Source: Candidatus Aminicenantales bacterium
GTDB taxonomy: Bacteria; Acidobacteriota; Aminicenantia; Aminicenantales; Saccharicenantaceae
Direction: 5' to 3'
DNA length: 64,000 bases
Assembly: GCA_049512315.1 (NCBI GenBank)
Contig: JBEKXF010000001.1
Location: 1 to 64,000 of the forward strand
Shown in pieces: positions 54,768 to 64,000 of the stretch. The stretch's first letter is position 1; every line of letters starts with the position of its first letter. The position numbers were made by a program, and so were the translations under genes. The notes beneath the pieces are model-generated. The model ran no database searches, was not told the DNA's origin, and was given only the letters and a program-made list of their open reading frames with translations.

Positions 54768-57311
54768 ATGTTGGAATCATATTTCGAACAGGAAAAAGAA
54801 CGGGCCAAGGCCGGCCTCCCGCCCCTCCCGCTGACACCTGCGGAGGTCGAGGATGTCTGCCGTTTCCTGGAAAAACCAGAGGCCGGAAAAATGGCGATCT
54901 TCCTGACCCTCCTCCGGAACCGGGTATCTCCGGGCGTGGACCCTGCGGCCAAGATCAAAGCGGGCTGGCTGACGCGGGTCGCCCAGGGAAAGGTGCCGTC
55001 CCCGGCCTTATCCAGGTCCGACGCTGTTTTTCTTCTGGGAACCATGCTGGGCGGGTACAACGTGGAGCCGCTGGTGGCCTTCCTGAACGACCGGGACCTG
55101 GCCGCTGCAGCGGCCGAGGCTCTGAAGAAGACCGTCCTCATCTACGGGCATTTCGACACGATCCTGGAGATGTCCAGGACGAATCCGAAGGCCCGGTCCG
55201 TCCTCGAATCGTGGGCGAATGGGGAGTGGTTCCTTTCTCGCCCGGCCTTCCCGGAGAGGATCGTCCTGAAGGTCTTCAAGGTCGACGGGGAGATCAACAC
55301 CGACGACTTTTCGCCGGCCGGGCACGCGCCGACCAGGCCCGACATCCCGCTCCATGCCCAGTCCATGGGCCAGACGCGCTTCCCCGGCGGGAACGAAACC
55401 ATCCGCAAGCTCCGCGAGGAGGGCCACCGGGTCGTCTTCGTCGGGGATGTGGTCGGGACCGGATCGTCCAGGAAATCCGCTTGCAACTCCCTGATGTGGC
55501 ACATCGGGGAGGACATCCCGTTCATCCCGAACAAGAGGCGGGCCGGGATCGTCATGGGCGGCCTGATCGCCCCCATCTTCTTCAACACCACGGAAGATTC
55601 GGGCGGCCTGCCGATCATGTGCGACGTCACGCGGATGAAGACCGGCGACGTCATCACGATCGATACCAAGGCCGGGAAGGTCCTCGACGGGACCGGGAAA
55701 GTCCTGACGGGTTTCGAGTGGAAGCCCCCGACGATCAAGGACGAGTTCCGGGCCGGGGGCCGGCTGAACCTCATCATTGGACGCCAGCTGACGGCCAAGG
55801 CCCGCAGGACCCTGGGCCTCCCCGAGGCGGATTTCTTCAGGACGATCGAGAACCCGGAGCCCAAGCCGGACCAAGGTTATACGCTGGCCCAGAAGATCGT
55901 CGGGCGGGCCTGCGGACTTCCGGGCGTCCTGCCCGGCACGGCCTGCGACCCGCACATGACGACCGTCGGCTCCCAGGATACGACTGGGCCGATGACGGCC
56001 GACGAGCTCAAGGAGCTGGCCTGCCTGGAGTTCCAGGCGGATCTCTTCATGCAGTCGTTCTGCCATACGGCCGCCTATCCCAAACCCGCCGACGCGAAGA
56101 TGCACCGGACGCTCCCCGCGTTCATGACGGAGCGCAAGGGCGTCGCCCTCAAGCCGGGCGACGGCGTCATCCACTCCTGGCTCAACCGGCTCGTCCTCCC
56201 GGATACCGTGGGGACGGGCGGCGATTCGCACACGCGGTTCCCGATCGGCGTCAGCTTCCCGGCCGGGTCCGGGCTCGTCGCCTTCGCCGGGGCCCTGGGC
56301 TTCATGCCCCTCGACATGCCCGAGTCCGTCCTCGTCCGGTTCAAGGGTCGGCTGAACCCCGGGATCACCCTCCGCGACGCGGTCAACGCCATCCCCTATT
56401 TCGCCATCCAGAAAGGCCTTCTGACCGTGGAGAAAAAGGGCAAGAAGAACGTTTTCAACGGGTGCGTCCTGGAGATGGAGGGCCTCGAGGACCTGATTGT
56501 GGACCAGGCCTATGAGCTGACGGACGCCTCGGCGGAACGATCGGCCGCCGCGGCCGTCATCTCCCTCAAGGAAGAGAGGGTGGCCGAATTCCTCAAGAGC
56601 AATATCGCCCTGATGGAAAAGATGATCGACGAAGGCTACCAGAGCGCCGAAACCCTCCGGCGGCGGATCGACTCCTGTCGGAAATGGCTGGAAAACCCTG
56701 TCCTCCTCAAGCGGGACGCCCTCGCCGAGTACAAGTCCCTCCTCGAGATCGACTTGGCCGAGATCACGGAACCGCTCGTGGCCTGCCCCAACGACCCCGA
56801 CGACGTCAAGCCACTCTCCAAGATCGCCAACGATCCCGTCCAGGAGGTCTTCATCGGCTCCTGCATGACCAATATCGGCCACTTCCGGGCCGCCAGCCGG
56901 ATCCTCGACAAGGCCGGGGTCCTCGGGGTCCGGCTCTGGATCACGCCCCCGACCAAGATGGACGCGGCCCAGCTCATGCGGGAGGGTCATTACGCCGTCT
57001 TCGCCGGCGCCGGCGCCCGGACGGAAATCCCCGGCTGCTCCCTGTGCATGGGGAACCAGGCCCGGGTCAAGGCCGGGACGACCGTGTTTTCGACCTCGAC
57101 CAGGAATTTCGACCACCGGGTCGGCGATTGGACCCGCGTTTACCTGGGGTCGGCCGAGCTCGCGGCCGTCGCCGCCCTCAAGGGGAGGATCCCGACGGTC
57201 GATGAGTACATGGCTATCATGAAGGAAAAGATCCTGCCCCATGCCGAAGAGGTCTACCGCTATCTCGAATTCCACAAGATGGGCGACTTCAGCTTGGGCT
57301 ACGCTCGGTAA
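54768..57311 (+). CDS. acnB: Aconitate hydratase B
   Basis: RVSPGVDPAA, GTMLGGYNV, NTDDFSPA, GSQDTTGPMT, QSFCHTAAYP, DSHTRFP, GSCMTNIG, GCSLCMGNQ. Confidence 0.97.
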   Translation: MLESYFEQEKERAKAGLPPLPLTPAEVEDVCRFLEKPEAGKMAIFLTLLRNRVSPGVDPAAKIKAGWLTRVAQGKVPSPALSRSDAVFLLGTMLGGYNVEPLVAFLNDRDLAAAAAEALKKTVLIYGHFDTILEMSRTNPKARSVLESWANGEWFLSRPAFPERIVLKVFKVDGEINTDDFSPAGHAPTRPDIPLHAQSMGQTRFPGGNETIRKLREEGHRVVFVGDVVGTGSSRKSACNSLMWHIGEDIPFIPNKRRAGIVMGGLIAPIFFNTTEDSGGLPIMCDVTRMKTGDVITIDTKAGKVLDGTGKVLTGFEWKPPTIKDEFRAGGRLNLIIGRQLTAKARRTLGLPEADFFRTIENPEPKPDQGYTLAQKIVGRACGLPGVLPGTACDPHMTTVGSQDTTGPMTADELKELACLEFQADLFMQSFCHTAAYPKPADAKMHRTLPAFMTERKGVALKPGDGVIHSWLNRLVLPDTVGTGGDSHTRFPIGVSFPAGSGLVAFAGALGFMPLDMPESVLVRFKGRLNPGITLRDAVNAIPYFAIQKGLLTVEKKGKKNVFNGCVLEMEGLEDLIVDQAYELTDASAERSAAAAVISLKEERVAEFLKSNIALMEKMIDEGYQSAETLRRRIDSCRKWLENPVLLKRDALAEYKSLLEIDLAEITEPLVACPNDPDDVKPLSKIANDPVQEVFIGSCMTNIGHFRAASRILDKAGVLGVRLWITPPTKMDAAQLMREGHYAVFAGAGARTEIPGCSLCMGNQARVKAGTTVFSTSTRNFDHRVGDWTRVYLGSAELAAVAALKGRIPTVDEYMAIMKEKILPHAEEVYRYLEFHKMGDFSLGYAR

Positions 57312-57364
57312 GCCCTCCCGGGGGGAACAGGGAGGCGATCCCCGATTTTCCGGAAGGAGGCCAG

Positions 57365-58126
57365 ATGATCCGACTAAACGGACGAAAGGTTCTGATCACG
57401 GGCGGCTCAAGAGGCATCGGCCGGGCCACCGCCCTTCTCTTCGCCAGGGCCGGGTGCGATGTGGCCATCAACTATGTCAGCAACTCCGGGGCCGCTGCGG
57501 AGGTCCGGTCAGCCATCGAGGCCCTGGGCCGGGAATGCCTGGCTTATCGGGCCGAGATCTCGTCCAAGAACGAAGTGGACAACATGATCAGCGATATCCT
57601 GTCCCGCTGGGGAGAGCTCGACACCCTTGTCAACAACGCCGGGGTCTGGACCTATCTCGAGATGGGCCGGATGGACGAGTCGGTCTACCGGGAGACCATG
57701 GCCATCAACCTGGACGGCGTTTTCTTTGCCACGAACGCCGCCGTTCCCTCGATGAAGGAGAAGGGAAGGGGCTGGATCATCAACGTGACGTCCACGGCCG
57801 GCGTCAGGGGCGAAGCCATCCACTCCCACTATGCGGCGAGCAAAGGGGCCCTCCACGCCCTGACCAAGTCCCTGGCCGTCGAGCTCGCGCCTTATAACAT
57901 CCGCGTCAATGGCGTGGCCCCGGGCTGGGTGGACACGGACATGTGCACCGGAGTCTTCAGCGAGCCCGGATACAAGGAGAAAGTCCGCAAATCCATTCCG
58001 CTCGACCGCATCCCTCCGCCCGAGGACATCGCCGGCCCCATCCTCTTCCTGGCCTCGGACCTGGCGCGCCACATCACGGGCGAGGTCCTGAACGTCAACG
58101 GAGGTTCGGTCCTGGCCGGAGGCTGA
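57365..58126 (+). CDS. SDR family oxidoreductase (FabG-like)
   Basis: TGGSRGIG, NNAG, YAASK, VAPG. Confidence 0.93.
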   Translation: MIRLNGRKVLITGGSRGIGRATALLFARAGCDVAINYVSNSGAAAEVRSAIEALGRECLAYRAEISSKNEVDNMISDILSRWGELDTLVNNAGVWTYLEMGRMDESVYRETMAINLDGVFFATNAAVPSMKEKGRGWIINVTSTAGVRGEAIHSHYAASKGALHALTKSLAVELAPYNIRVNGVAPGWVDTDMCTGVFSEPGYKEKVRKSIPLDRIPPPEDIAGPILFLASDLARHITGEVLNVNGGSVLAGG

Positions 58127-58186
58127 AAATGCCGGTGATAAAAAGCTTGACAGCGTTTTTTTATCATGGTACTTAGGGGAGGCTTC

Positions 58187-59104
58187 ATGGCGAAAAAATT
58201 TCTGTCCGTCATCATCGTCCCCCACACGAAAACGAGCACTAGGACCTTGAGCTTCTCCCGGCGCACGCTGAGGATCCTGGCCGGCGGCGGCGCGATCCTG
58301 GCTCTGGTCCTGGCCGTCTTCCTGACCGATTATGTCTCGATGAACGTCATCCGCCATCGCTACAAAGCCCTCACGCGGGAGGCGGCGGAGCAGAAGGCCA
58401 AGATCGCTGATTACGAAAGATCCATCAACGAGCTCAAGACGACCGTCGCCAATTTCGAGAACTACACCAAGAAGCTCAACATCATGGTCGGGCTGAAATC
58501 GCCCGACGTCCTCAAGGCGCCGGCCGGCCTGGGAGGGGGAGCCTCTGAGCCCGAGACTTCCGAGCCCGGCGCGAGCGTCCCGGCGGGAGCCCCCCAGTCC
58601 GAGTCGCCCGCCCAGGGTTCGATCCAGGGCTTGATCCAAAAGGCCCAGAGCATTGAGAGCAACCTCAACAGCCTGGTCAGCATCTCGGAGAGCACGAGCC
58701 TCAGGCTGGCGACGACCCCCTCCATCATGCCCGTAGCGGGATGGGTCAGCTCCGGCTTCGGGGTGAGGGCCGACCCCTTCACGGGCAGAGAGCAGATGCA
58801 CTGGGGCCTCGATATCTCCACCAATACCGGCAATCCCATCGTCGCCACAGCTGACGGGATCGTGCTCCAGGTCCTGACCGATAAGTACCTGGGGAAGCAT
58901 ATCATCCTCAGCCATGGCAACGGGATCACGACCCTCTACGGACACATGAGCGGTTTCGCCATCGTGGCCGGCCAGACGGTCAAGAGGGGAGACGTTATCG
59001 GGTACGTCGGGATGACCGGCAAGGCCGTCGGCCCGCACGTCCACTACGAAGTCCACAAGGACGGAAAGCCCGTCAACCCCTATAATTTCATTCTGGAAGA
59101 ATAG
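58187..59104 (+). CDS. M23 family peptidase with TM and coiled coil
   Basis: SSGFG.R.DPF, HWGLD, YGH, GPHVHYEV. Confidence 0.92.
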   Translation: MAKKFLSVIIVPHTKTSTRTLSFSRRTLRILAGGGAILALVLAVFLTDYVSMNVIRHRYKALTREAAEQKAKIADYERSINELKTTVANFENYTKKLNIMVGLKSPDVLKAPAGLGGGASEPETSEPGASVPAGAPQSESPAQGSIQGLIQKAQSIESNLNSLVSISESTSLRLATTPSIMPVAGWVSSGFGVRADPFTGREQMHWGLDISTNTGNPIVATADGIVLQVLTDKYLGKHIILSHGNGITTLYGHMSGFAIVAGQTVKRGDVIGYVGMTGKAVGPHVHYEVHKDGKPVNPYNFILEE

Positions 59105-59105
59105 G

Positions 59106-59123
59106 CCGGGCCGTCCGGCCCGG
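59106..59123. terminator. Hairpin between convergent M23 and fmt genes
   Basis: CCGGGCCG-TC-CGGCCCGG; no clear U tract. Confidence 0.35.
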
Positions 59124-59125
59124 TC

Positions 59126-60064
59126 TCAGTCGCCGCCAAGCAATTCCCCCGGCCTGATCTTCGCCCCGAGAGAGAATGCGTGCGCCGGCATCCTCGTTTT
59201 TCCCTCCGGCTGGAGCTCCTCGACCAGATAAACGCTTCCTCCGCCGCAGGCGACCTTCAGGCCGTCCCCGAGGGCGGAAAGGGCCTCGCCCGGCCTGCGA
59301 GTCTCCCCGGGAGCATCGAGGTTTCGCCCCTTGTGAAGTTGAAGCCGGCGGCCCCGGAAGAAGGTGTAGGTCCCGGGCCGGCCCGCCAGGGCCCGGACCT
59401 TCCGGTCGATGGCCGAGGCACTTTCCGACCAGTCGATCCGTCCGTCCTCTTTGCGGATCTTGGGGGCCAGGGAAGCCAGGCTATGGTCCTGCGGCGAAGG
59501 CGTGAGGGTCTCTATTCCTTCAAGCGTCTGGAGGAGGAGGCCCGCTCCGAGGACTGCCAGCCGCGCCTCGAGCTCGCCGGCCGTCTCCTGGGGGCCGATC
59601 TTCGTCCCGGCCCGGGCCAGGATGTCCCCCTCGTCCATTTTTTCGTTGAGCTCGATGATCGTGACGCCGGTTTCCATTTCGCCGTTGAGGACGGCCCATT
59701 GGACCGGGGCCGCCCCTCGATACTTGGGCAGGAGCGAGAAGTGGACGTTGAGGGAATGATGGGGAGGGGCATAGATAATGGGGGCCGGGATGATCTGGCC
59801 GTAGGCCACGACGACGTTGACCTCGGGAGCCACGTCCTGGATCCTGCCGAGGACGGCTCCGTCCGTCCGGATCCTGGCGGGCTCGAGGACGGGGATGCCC
59901 CGTTCGAGGGCGAACGACTTGACTGCGCTCGGGGTCATCCGCCGGCCGCGTCCGGCCGGCTTGTCGGGCTGGGTGACGACAAGAGCGACGGAATGCCCTC
60001 TTTCGAGAAGCCGCTGAAGGGAAAGGAGCGCCGGGGCCGGGCTCCCGAAGAAGACGATCCTCAT
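59126..60064 (-). CDS. fmt: Methionyl-tRNA formyltransferase
   Basis: VVTQPDKP.GRG, VVAYGQI, NVHFSLLPKYRGAAP, MDEGD. Confidence 0.95.
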   Translation of the reverse strand: MRIVFFGSPAPALLSLQRLLERGHSVALVVTQPDKPAGRGRRMTPSAVKSFALERGIPVLEPARIRTDGAVLGRIQDVAPEVNVVVAYGQIIPAPIIYAPPHHSLNVHFSLLPKYRGAAPVQWAVLNGEMETGVTIIELNEKMDEGDILARAGTKIGPQETAGELEARLAVLGAGLLLQTLEGIETLTPSPQDHSLASLAPKIRKEDGRIDWSESASAIDRKVRALAGRPGTYTFFRGRRLQLHKGRNLDAPGETRRPGEALSALGDGLKVACGGGSVYLVEELQPEGKTRMPAHAFSLGAKIRPGELLGGD

Positions 60065-60579
60065 AGCTTCAGGCCGGTGTCCGCCGTTTTTTTTAATTTC
60101 TTCCGGAGCAGGGTTTTCTTGAGAGGCGACAGGCGGTCCGTGAACAGCTTGCCGTCGAGATGGTCGATCTCGTGGCAGAGGGCACGGGCCAGGAGGTCTT
60201 CTCCCTCGACCTCGACCTCGTTCCCCCCGAGGTCCAGGCCCTTGACGAGCACCCGATACGGGCGGGCGACTTTTTCCCGGATGTCCGGGACCGACAGGCA
60301 CCCCTCTTCGCAGACGACCTCGCCCTCTGCGCGGACGATCTCCGGGTTGACGAGGATGATCAGTTCGTCCTCGTTTTCCCCGACGGACAGGTCGATGGTG
60401 ATCAGGCGCTTGCTGACGTTGACCTGGGGCGCGGCGAGCCCGACGCCGGGAGCGCGGCGCATGGTCTCGACCATGTCCTTGGCAAGGCGGACGAGCTCCG
60501 GGTCGATCCTATCGACCCGCTCGGCCTTCTTGGTCAGGATCGGGTGTCCGATGGTGAGGATCTCGAGAACGGCCATCAC
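60061..60579 (-). CDS. def: Peptide deformylase
   Basis: GVGLAAPQV, EGCLSVP, HEIDH. Confidence 0.96.
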   Translation of the reverse strand: MMAVLEILTIGHPILTKKAERVDRIDPELVRLAKDMVETMRRAPGVGLAAPQVNVSKRLITIDLSVGENEDELIILVNPEIVRAEGEVVCEEGCLSVPDIREKVARPYRVLVKGLDLGGNEVEVEGEDLLARALCHEIDHLDGKLFTDRLSPLKKTLLRKKLKKTADTGLKL

Positions 60580-60707
60580 TCCTTCCTACGTCCCTATTTT
60601 ACGTGATTCAGGTCATCTGTTCCAGTCCCCGGTCGACTCCGCAAGACTTTTTTCCCTGTCCGGCAGGAAGAACCCGTTCTATGTCCGGCTTATGAACTTC
60701 GTTCTCC

Positions 60708-60745
60708 CATCGTTTCTTCTTGAGGATGCGGACTCGGAGGGAGTC
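60708..60745 (-). repeat. Dispersed intergenic repeat, copy B
   Basis: GACTCCCTCCGAGTCCGCATCCTCAAGAAGAAACGATG; matches 6992-7028. Confidence 0.65.
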
Positions 60746-61065
60746 CCTCCGGCAGGGAGCGGATTCTGAGGAGCAACCAGCAGAAGTGTGGCGGAGCGAT
60801 TCGGAGCCGCACTTCTGGTAAATATCTGGAACGAATCTTCGCGTATTGCTCCAGGGACTCTCCCTCTTTTCCATCTGTGATCGCTCCGCTCTCCTCTCGC
60901 TGTGCTCGAGGAACCGTGCCCGCGTCGTGCTCAATGTTTTCTCCGGGACATCCCCCCTGCATCCGCTGATTCATCGAAGGACGATCCGGGAAGGCTGAAC
61001 CGTGCCAACTGTCGCTTCGTCCCTGCCCTGTTAGATTAAGAGAATCATTCGGGCTCAATCGGCTC

Positions 61066-63111
61066 CTAGATGACGGCTGAGGGCGGAGGGGGCTCGTCCG
61101 CAGCGCCGGCGTTCCTCAGCGGTACCCGGATCAGATAAATGGCGATGAGGACGAGGACGGCGAGGCCGCCGACGTAGAGATCGAGCACGCCGAAGTACTT
61201 GCCGCTCTTGAAGATCGACGGGATGTCGAAATGGATGATCTTCTGGAGGAAGAAGAACTTCCAGGCGGCCCGGAGCAGGCCGGTCAGAGCTTCTCCGGCG
61301 ATGAGGCCCGCTGCCAGCAGGATGCCGACGTTGGTCGCCCGGGCGGTTTGGGCGGCGTTGAACTTCCTTTTGGCCATGAACCTGTCGGCGATGCCCTTGA
61401 TCATGCCGCCGACGAAAATGGCGAAGGTCGTTTCGAGCGGCAGGTACATCCCGACCGCGACGAGCATCGGGGACTTGACCTGAACGAGAATCAGGGCGAA
61501 CCCCATCAGCATGCCGACGATGACCAGAGGCCATGCCATCTCGCCCTCGATGATCCCCCGGGACAGGGCGGCCATCAGGCCGGCCTGCGGGGCGGCCAGT
61601 TCCTTGCTGCCGAAGGTGAAAGCGCCGTGGAGGAGCATCAGCGGGAAGTACATGACGAGAGAGGCGATGAGAACGCCAAAGATGTTTCCGGTCTGCATCT
61701 TCCAGGGCGTACCGCCCAGGATATGCCCGACCTTGAGGTCCTGGAGCATCTCGCCGGCCACGGCCGAGGAGACGCAGACGACCGCGGCGACGCCGAGGAC
61801 GGCGGCGACGCCGCTCGTCCCGGTGGCTCCGACAAGGACCATGAGGAGCGCTGCGATGATCAGGGTGGACAGGGTCAATCCCGAAATCGGGTTGTTGGAC
61901 GACCCGATCTGTCCGACGAGGTTCCCGGAAACGGCGGCGAAGAAAAAGCCCGCGATGGCCATGACAACAGCGGCCAAAATCGCGGGCGGCCAGGTCCCGG
62001 CGAAGATCTTATAGACAAAAACCATCAGGACGAACGTCGCGGCGAGGCCGGCCAGGACGACCTTGATATTGAGGTCCTTTTCGATGCGGCTTGAAACTTC
62101 GGCTTGGCCTGCCGCCTTCTTGACGTCCCCCATCGATCTCTTAATGCCGGCGGCCAGGTTCTTGCGCATCTTAAAGAGGGTATAGCCGGCGCCGACCAGC
62201 ATGCCGCCGACGGCGATCGGCCGGATGATGAACTTCCAGACGTTCGTCACCATGTCCGGCCAGGAGACGTCGGCCATGGCCATGCCGGGCCCGTAAAATG
62301 TGCCGATGAGCTGCGGCCCGAGGAAATACATGAGGAGCGGGGCGAACAGGCCCCAGGCCAGAACGCCGCCCGCGAAGTTGAGGGAGGCCAAGCGGGGCCC
62401 GATGATGTAGCCGACGCCGATGTAGGCGGGGTAGATGCCGGGGCCGGACACGGCCACGGTGCCGCCGGCGCCGATCTTCGGGGAGTCACCGGCAGCGCCG
62501 AGGCGGACGAAGCTCGCCCCGAGCTTGCCGACCCTGATGATGAAGTCCTTGCTGGCGCTGAAGATCTGAATGGCACCCAGGGCATAGAGGAGTGAGCCGA
62601 GTCCCATCGCTTGGAAGAGGAACTTCGACCCCTGGCTGCCCTTCTGGCCGGCCTTGTGGATTTCCGCGGCTGCGACGGATTCGGGAAAGACGAGGTCAGG
62701 GTCGGAGACCATGACCCGCCGGAGGAAGGTCACGAACATGATGCCCAGGAGGCCGCCGACGAACATCAGGGCCGAGGATTTGAGGTAGGCCTCGAGGGTG
62801 TTGAACTTCGTCCACGCCCCGGAGATGAGGAAGGCCGGGATAGTGAAAATCGCCCCGGCGGCGATGGACTCGCCGATGGACCCCACCGTCCGAGCGATGT
62901 TCTCCTCGAGGATCGAGCCCTTCATGATTCGGAGGACGGCCATGCCGATGACAGCCGCGGGATACGTGGCCGCGATCGTCATCCCAGCCCGCAGCCCAAG
63001 GTAGGCGTTGGCGGCGCCGAGAATGACCGTCATGACGAGGCCGATGAGGATGGCCCGGAGTGTGAACTCCCTCTGGTCGGTTTTTTCGGGGACATAGGGT
63101 TGATAGCTCAT
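61066..63111 (-). CDS. OPT family oligopeptide transporter
   Basis: EFTLRA, ANAYLGLRAG, ILEENI, FPES.AAAE, GSSNNPISG, QDLKVG, APQA. ATG 63111; the track call is over-extended. Confidence 0.93.
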   Translation of the reverse strand: MSYQPYVPEKTDQREFTLRAILIGLVMTVILGAANAYLGLRAGMTIAATYPAAVIGMAVLRIMKGSILEENIARTVGSIGESIAAGAIFTIPAFLISGAWTKFNTLEAYLKSSALMFVGGLLGIMFVTFLRRVMVSDPDLVFPESVAAAEIHKAGQKGSQGSKFLFQAMGLGSLLYALGAIQIFSASKDFIIRVGKLGASFVRLGAAGDSPKIGAGGTVAVSGPGIYPAYIGVGYIIGPRLASLNFAGGVLAWGLFAPLLMYFLGPQLIGTFYGPGMAMADVSWPDMVTNVWKFIIRPIAVGGMLVGAGYTLFKMRKNLAAGIKRSMGDVKKAAGQAEVSSRIEKDLNIKVVLAGLAATFVLMVFVYKIFAGTWPPAILAAVVMAIAGFFFAAVSGNLVGQIGSSNNPISGLTLSTLIIAALLMVLVGATGTSGVAAVLGVAAVVCVSSAVAGEMLQDLKVGHILGGTPWKMQTGNIFGVLIASLVMYFPLMLLHGAFTFGSKELAAPQAGLMAALSRGIIEGEMAWPLVIVGMLMGFALILVQVKSPMLVAVGMYLPLETTFAIFVGGMIKGIADRFMAKRKFNAAQTARATNVGILLAAGLIAGEALTGLLRAAWKFFFLQKIIHFDIPSIFKSGKYFGVLDLYVGGLAVLVLIAIYLIRVPLRNAGAADEPPPPSAVI

Positions 63112-63253
63112 CGCGCGCTCCTTTCCGAAGTTTCCTATTGTATATTTGAAGTCCGGAAACAAAGTCAAGGGCCGCCGCCCGGAGAACGCCATTTTGGATT
63201 TGATTCCTCTGGGGAATTGTGCTAAATAAGGACTCGGTTGAAAGAGAGCGAAT

Positions 63254-64000
63254 ATGAACATCATCAGCTGGCTGAAGGAGCGGCTCTTCTGCGACCTCGC
63301 TGTTGACCTGGGGACCGCCAACACGCTGGTCTTTATCAAGGGCAAGGGGATCATCGTCCAGGAGCCCTCGATCTGCGTCATCAACAAGCTGACGGGCAAA
63401 GTGGAGGCCGTGGGTTCACGGGCCAAGGAGATGCTGGGGAAGACCCCGAATACCATCGTCGCCATCAAGCCCATGCGGGACGGGGTCATCGCGGACTTCG
63501 AGGTCGCTGAGAAGATGCTGGATTTCTTCATCAAGAAGGCGATGAACAACCGCGGCTTCCTCCTCCGGCCGCGGATCGTCATCGGCATCCCGACGGGGAT
63601 CACCCAGGTCGAGCGTCGGGCCGTCAAGGACGTCGCCCTGAGGTCCAAAGCGTCGGAGGTTTACCTCATCGAACAGCCGATTTCCGCCGCCATCGGCGCG
63701 GGCCTGCCGATCTCCGACCCCATGGGCAACATGATCGTCGACATCGGCGGCGGTACCACGGACATCGCCGTCATTTCGCTCAACGGCATCGTCTTCAACC
63801 ATTCCATCCGGGTCGCGGGCAACGAGATGGACGAGGCCATCATCCATTACCTCAAGAAGAAGTACAACCTCCTGATCGGGGAGCGGACGGCGGAGGCGGT
63901 GAAGATCCAGATCGGCTCGGCCTACCCGCTCGACGAGCCCATGACCATGGAGATCAAGGGCCGCGACCTCCGGGAGGGGATCCCGCGGACCATTGTCGTC
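63254..64000 (+). CDS. mreB: Rod shape-determining protein MreB (3' end beyond window; not in ORF track)
   Basis: Read directly: [15 protein letters not shown]...[54 protein letters not shown]. Confidence 0.96.
   Translation, partial: MNIISWLKERLFCDLAVDLGTANTLVFIKGKGIIVQEPSICVINKLTGKVEAVGSRAKEMLGKTPNTIVAIKPMRDGVIADFEVAEKMLDFFIKKAMNNRGFLLRPRIVIGIPTGITQVERRAVKDVALRSKASEVYLIEQPISAAIGAGLPISDPMGNMIVDIGGGTTDIAVISLNGIVFNHSIRVAGNEMDEAIIHYLKKKYNLLIGERTAEAVKIQIGSAYPLDEPMTMEIKGRDLREGIPRTIVV

Noticed and set aside
53474..56515. 1013-aa plus-strand ORF and other long alternates (e.g. 9761-11875, 5604-7424, 4199-5839, 55008-57275)
   Set aside because: Shadow frames of real genes caused by GC-rich codon bias; no motifs.
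60600..61060. RNase P RNA, tmRNA, a sigma54 promoter, or the 108/122-aa ORFs
   Set aside because: No GAGGAAAGUCC or tRNA-like ends; TGGCAC is not followed by TTGC at -12; the ORFs lack protein-like features.

Overview
GC-rich bacterial chromosome segment of about 52 genes, mostly housekeeping and metabolic. The repertoire suggests an anaerobic diderm such as Aminicenantes/Acidobacteriota, but that is inference only. In order: two IS3-family relics bracketing an orphan four-helix-bundle sensor and an outer-membrane protein; a selenocysteine cluster (DsbD-N protein, selA, selD, selB, then cupin/DoxX/VOC; no tRNA-Sec seen); RRM protein; Usp; a YtrA-type GntR/ABC module; efpL plus nagB/PIG-L/ROK; secreted carbohydrate-associated proteins; kdgK and a frameshifted eda; MFS and nitroreductase; tldD/pmbA; nadC-nadB; ileS-lspA-lgt-rluD; an EF-G paralogue; ChaN-PDZ; M14 peptidase; DUF5107-TPR; MBL hydrolase; KimA-like APC transporter; mdh-icd and acnB; SDR; M23; fmt-def; OPT transporter; and mreB cut by the window edge. 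The best novelty candidates are: (1) a SelD carrying an N-terminal Cys cluster with ferredoxin:thioredoxin-reductase-like spacing (CIC-x5-CPC-x8-CLC), in a sel operon headed by a DsbD-N redox protein; (2) a NagA-free ROK/PIG-L/NagB amino-sugar pathway; (3) a candidate promoter-bearing sRNA with an anti-SD loop at about 26.75 kb; (4) a dispersed ~37-nt intergenic repeat. All product calls come from motif recognition by eye; no searches were run.
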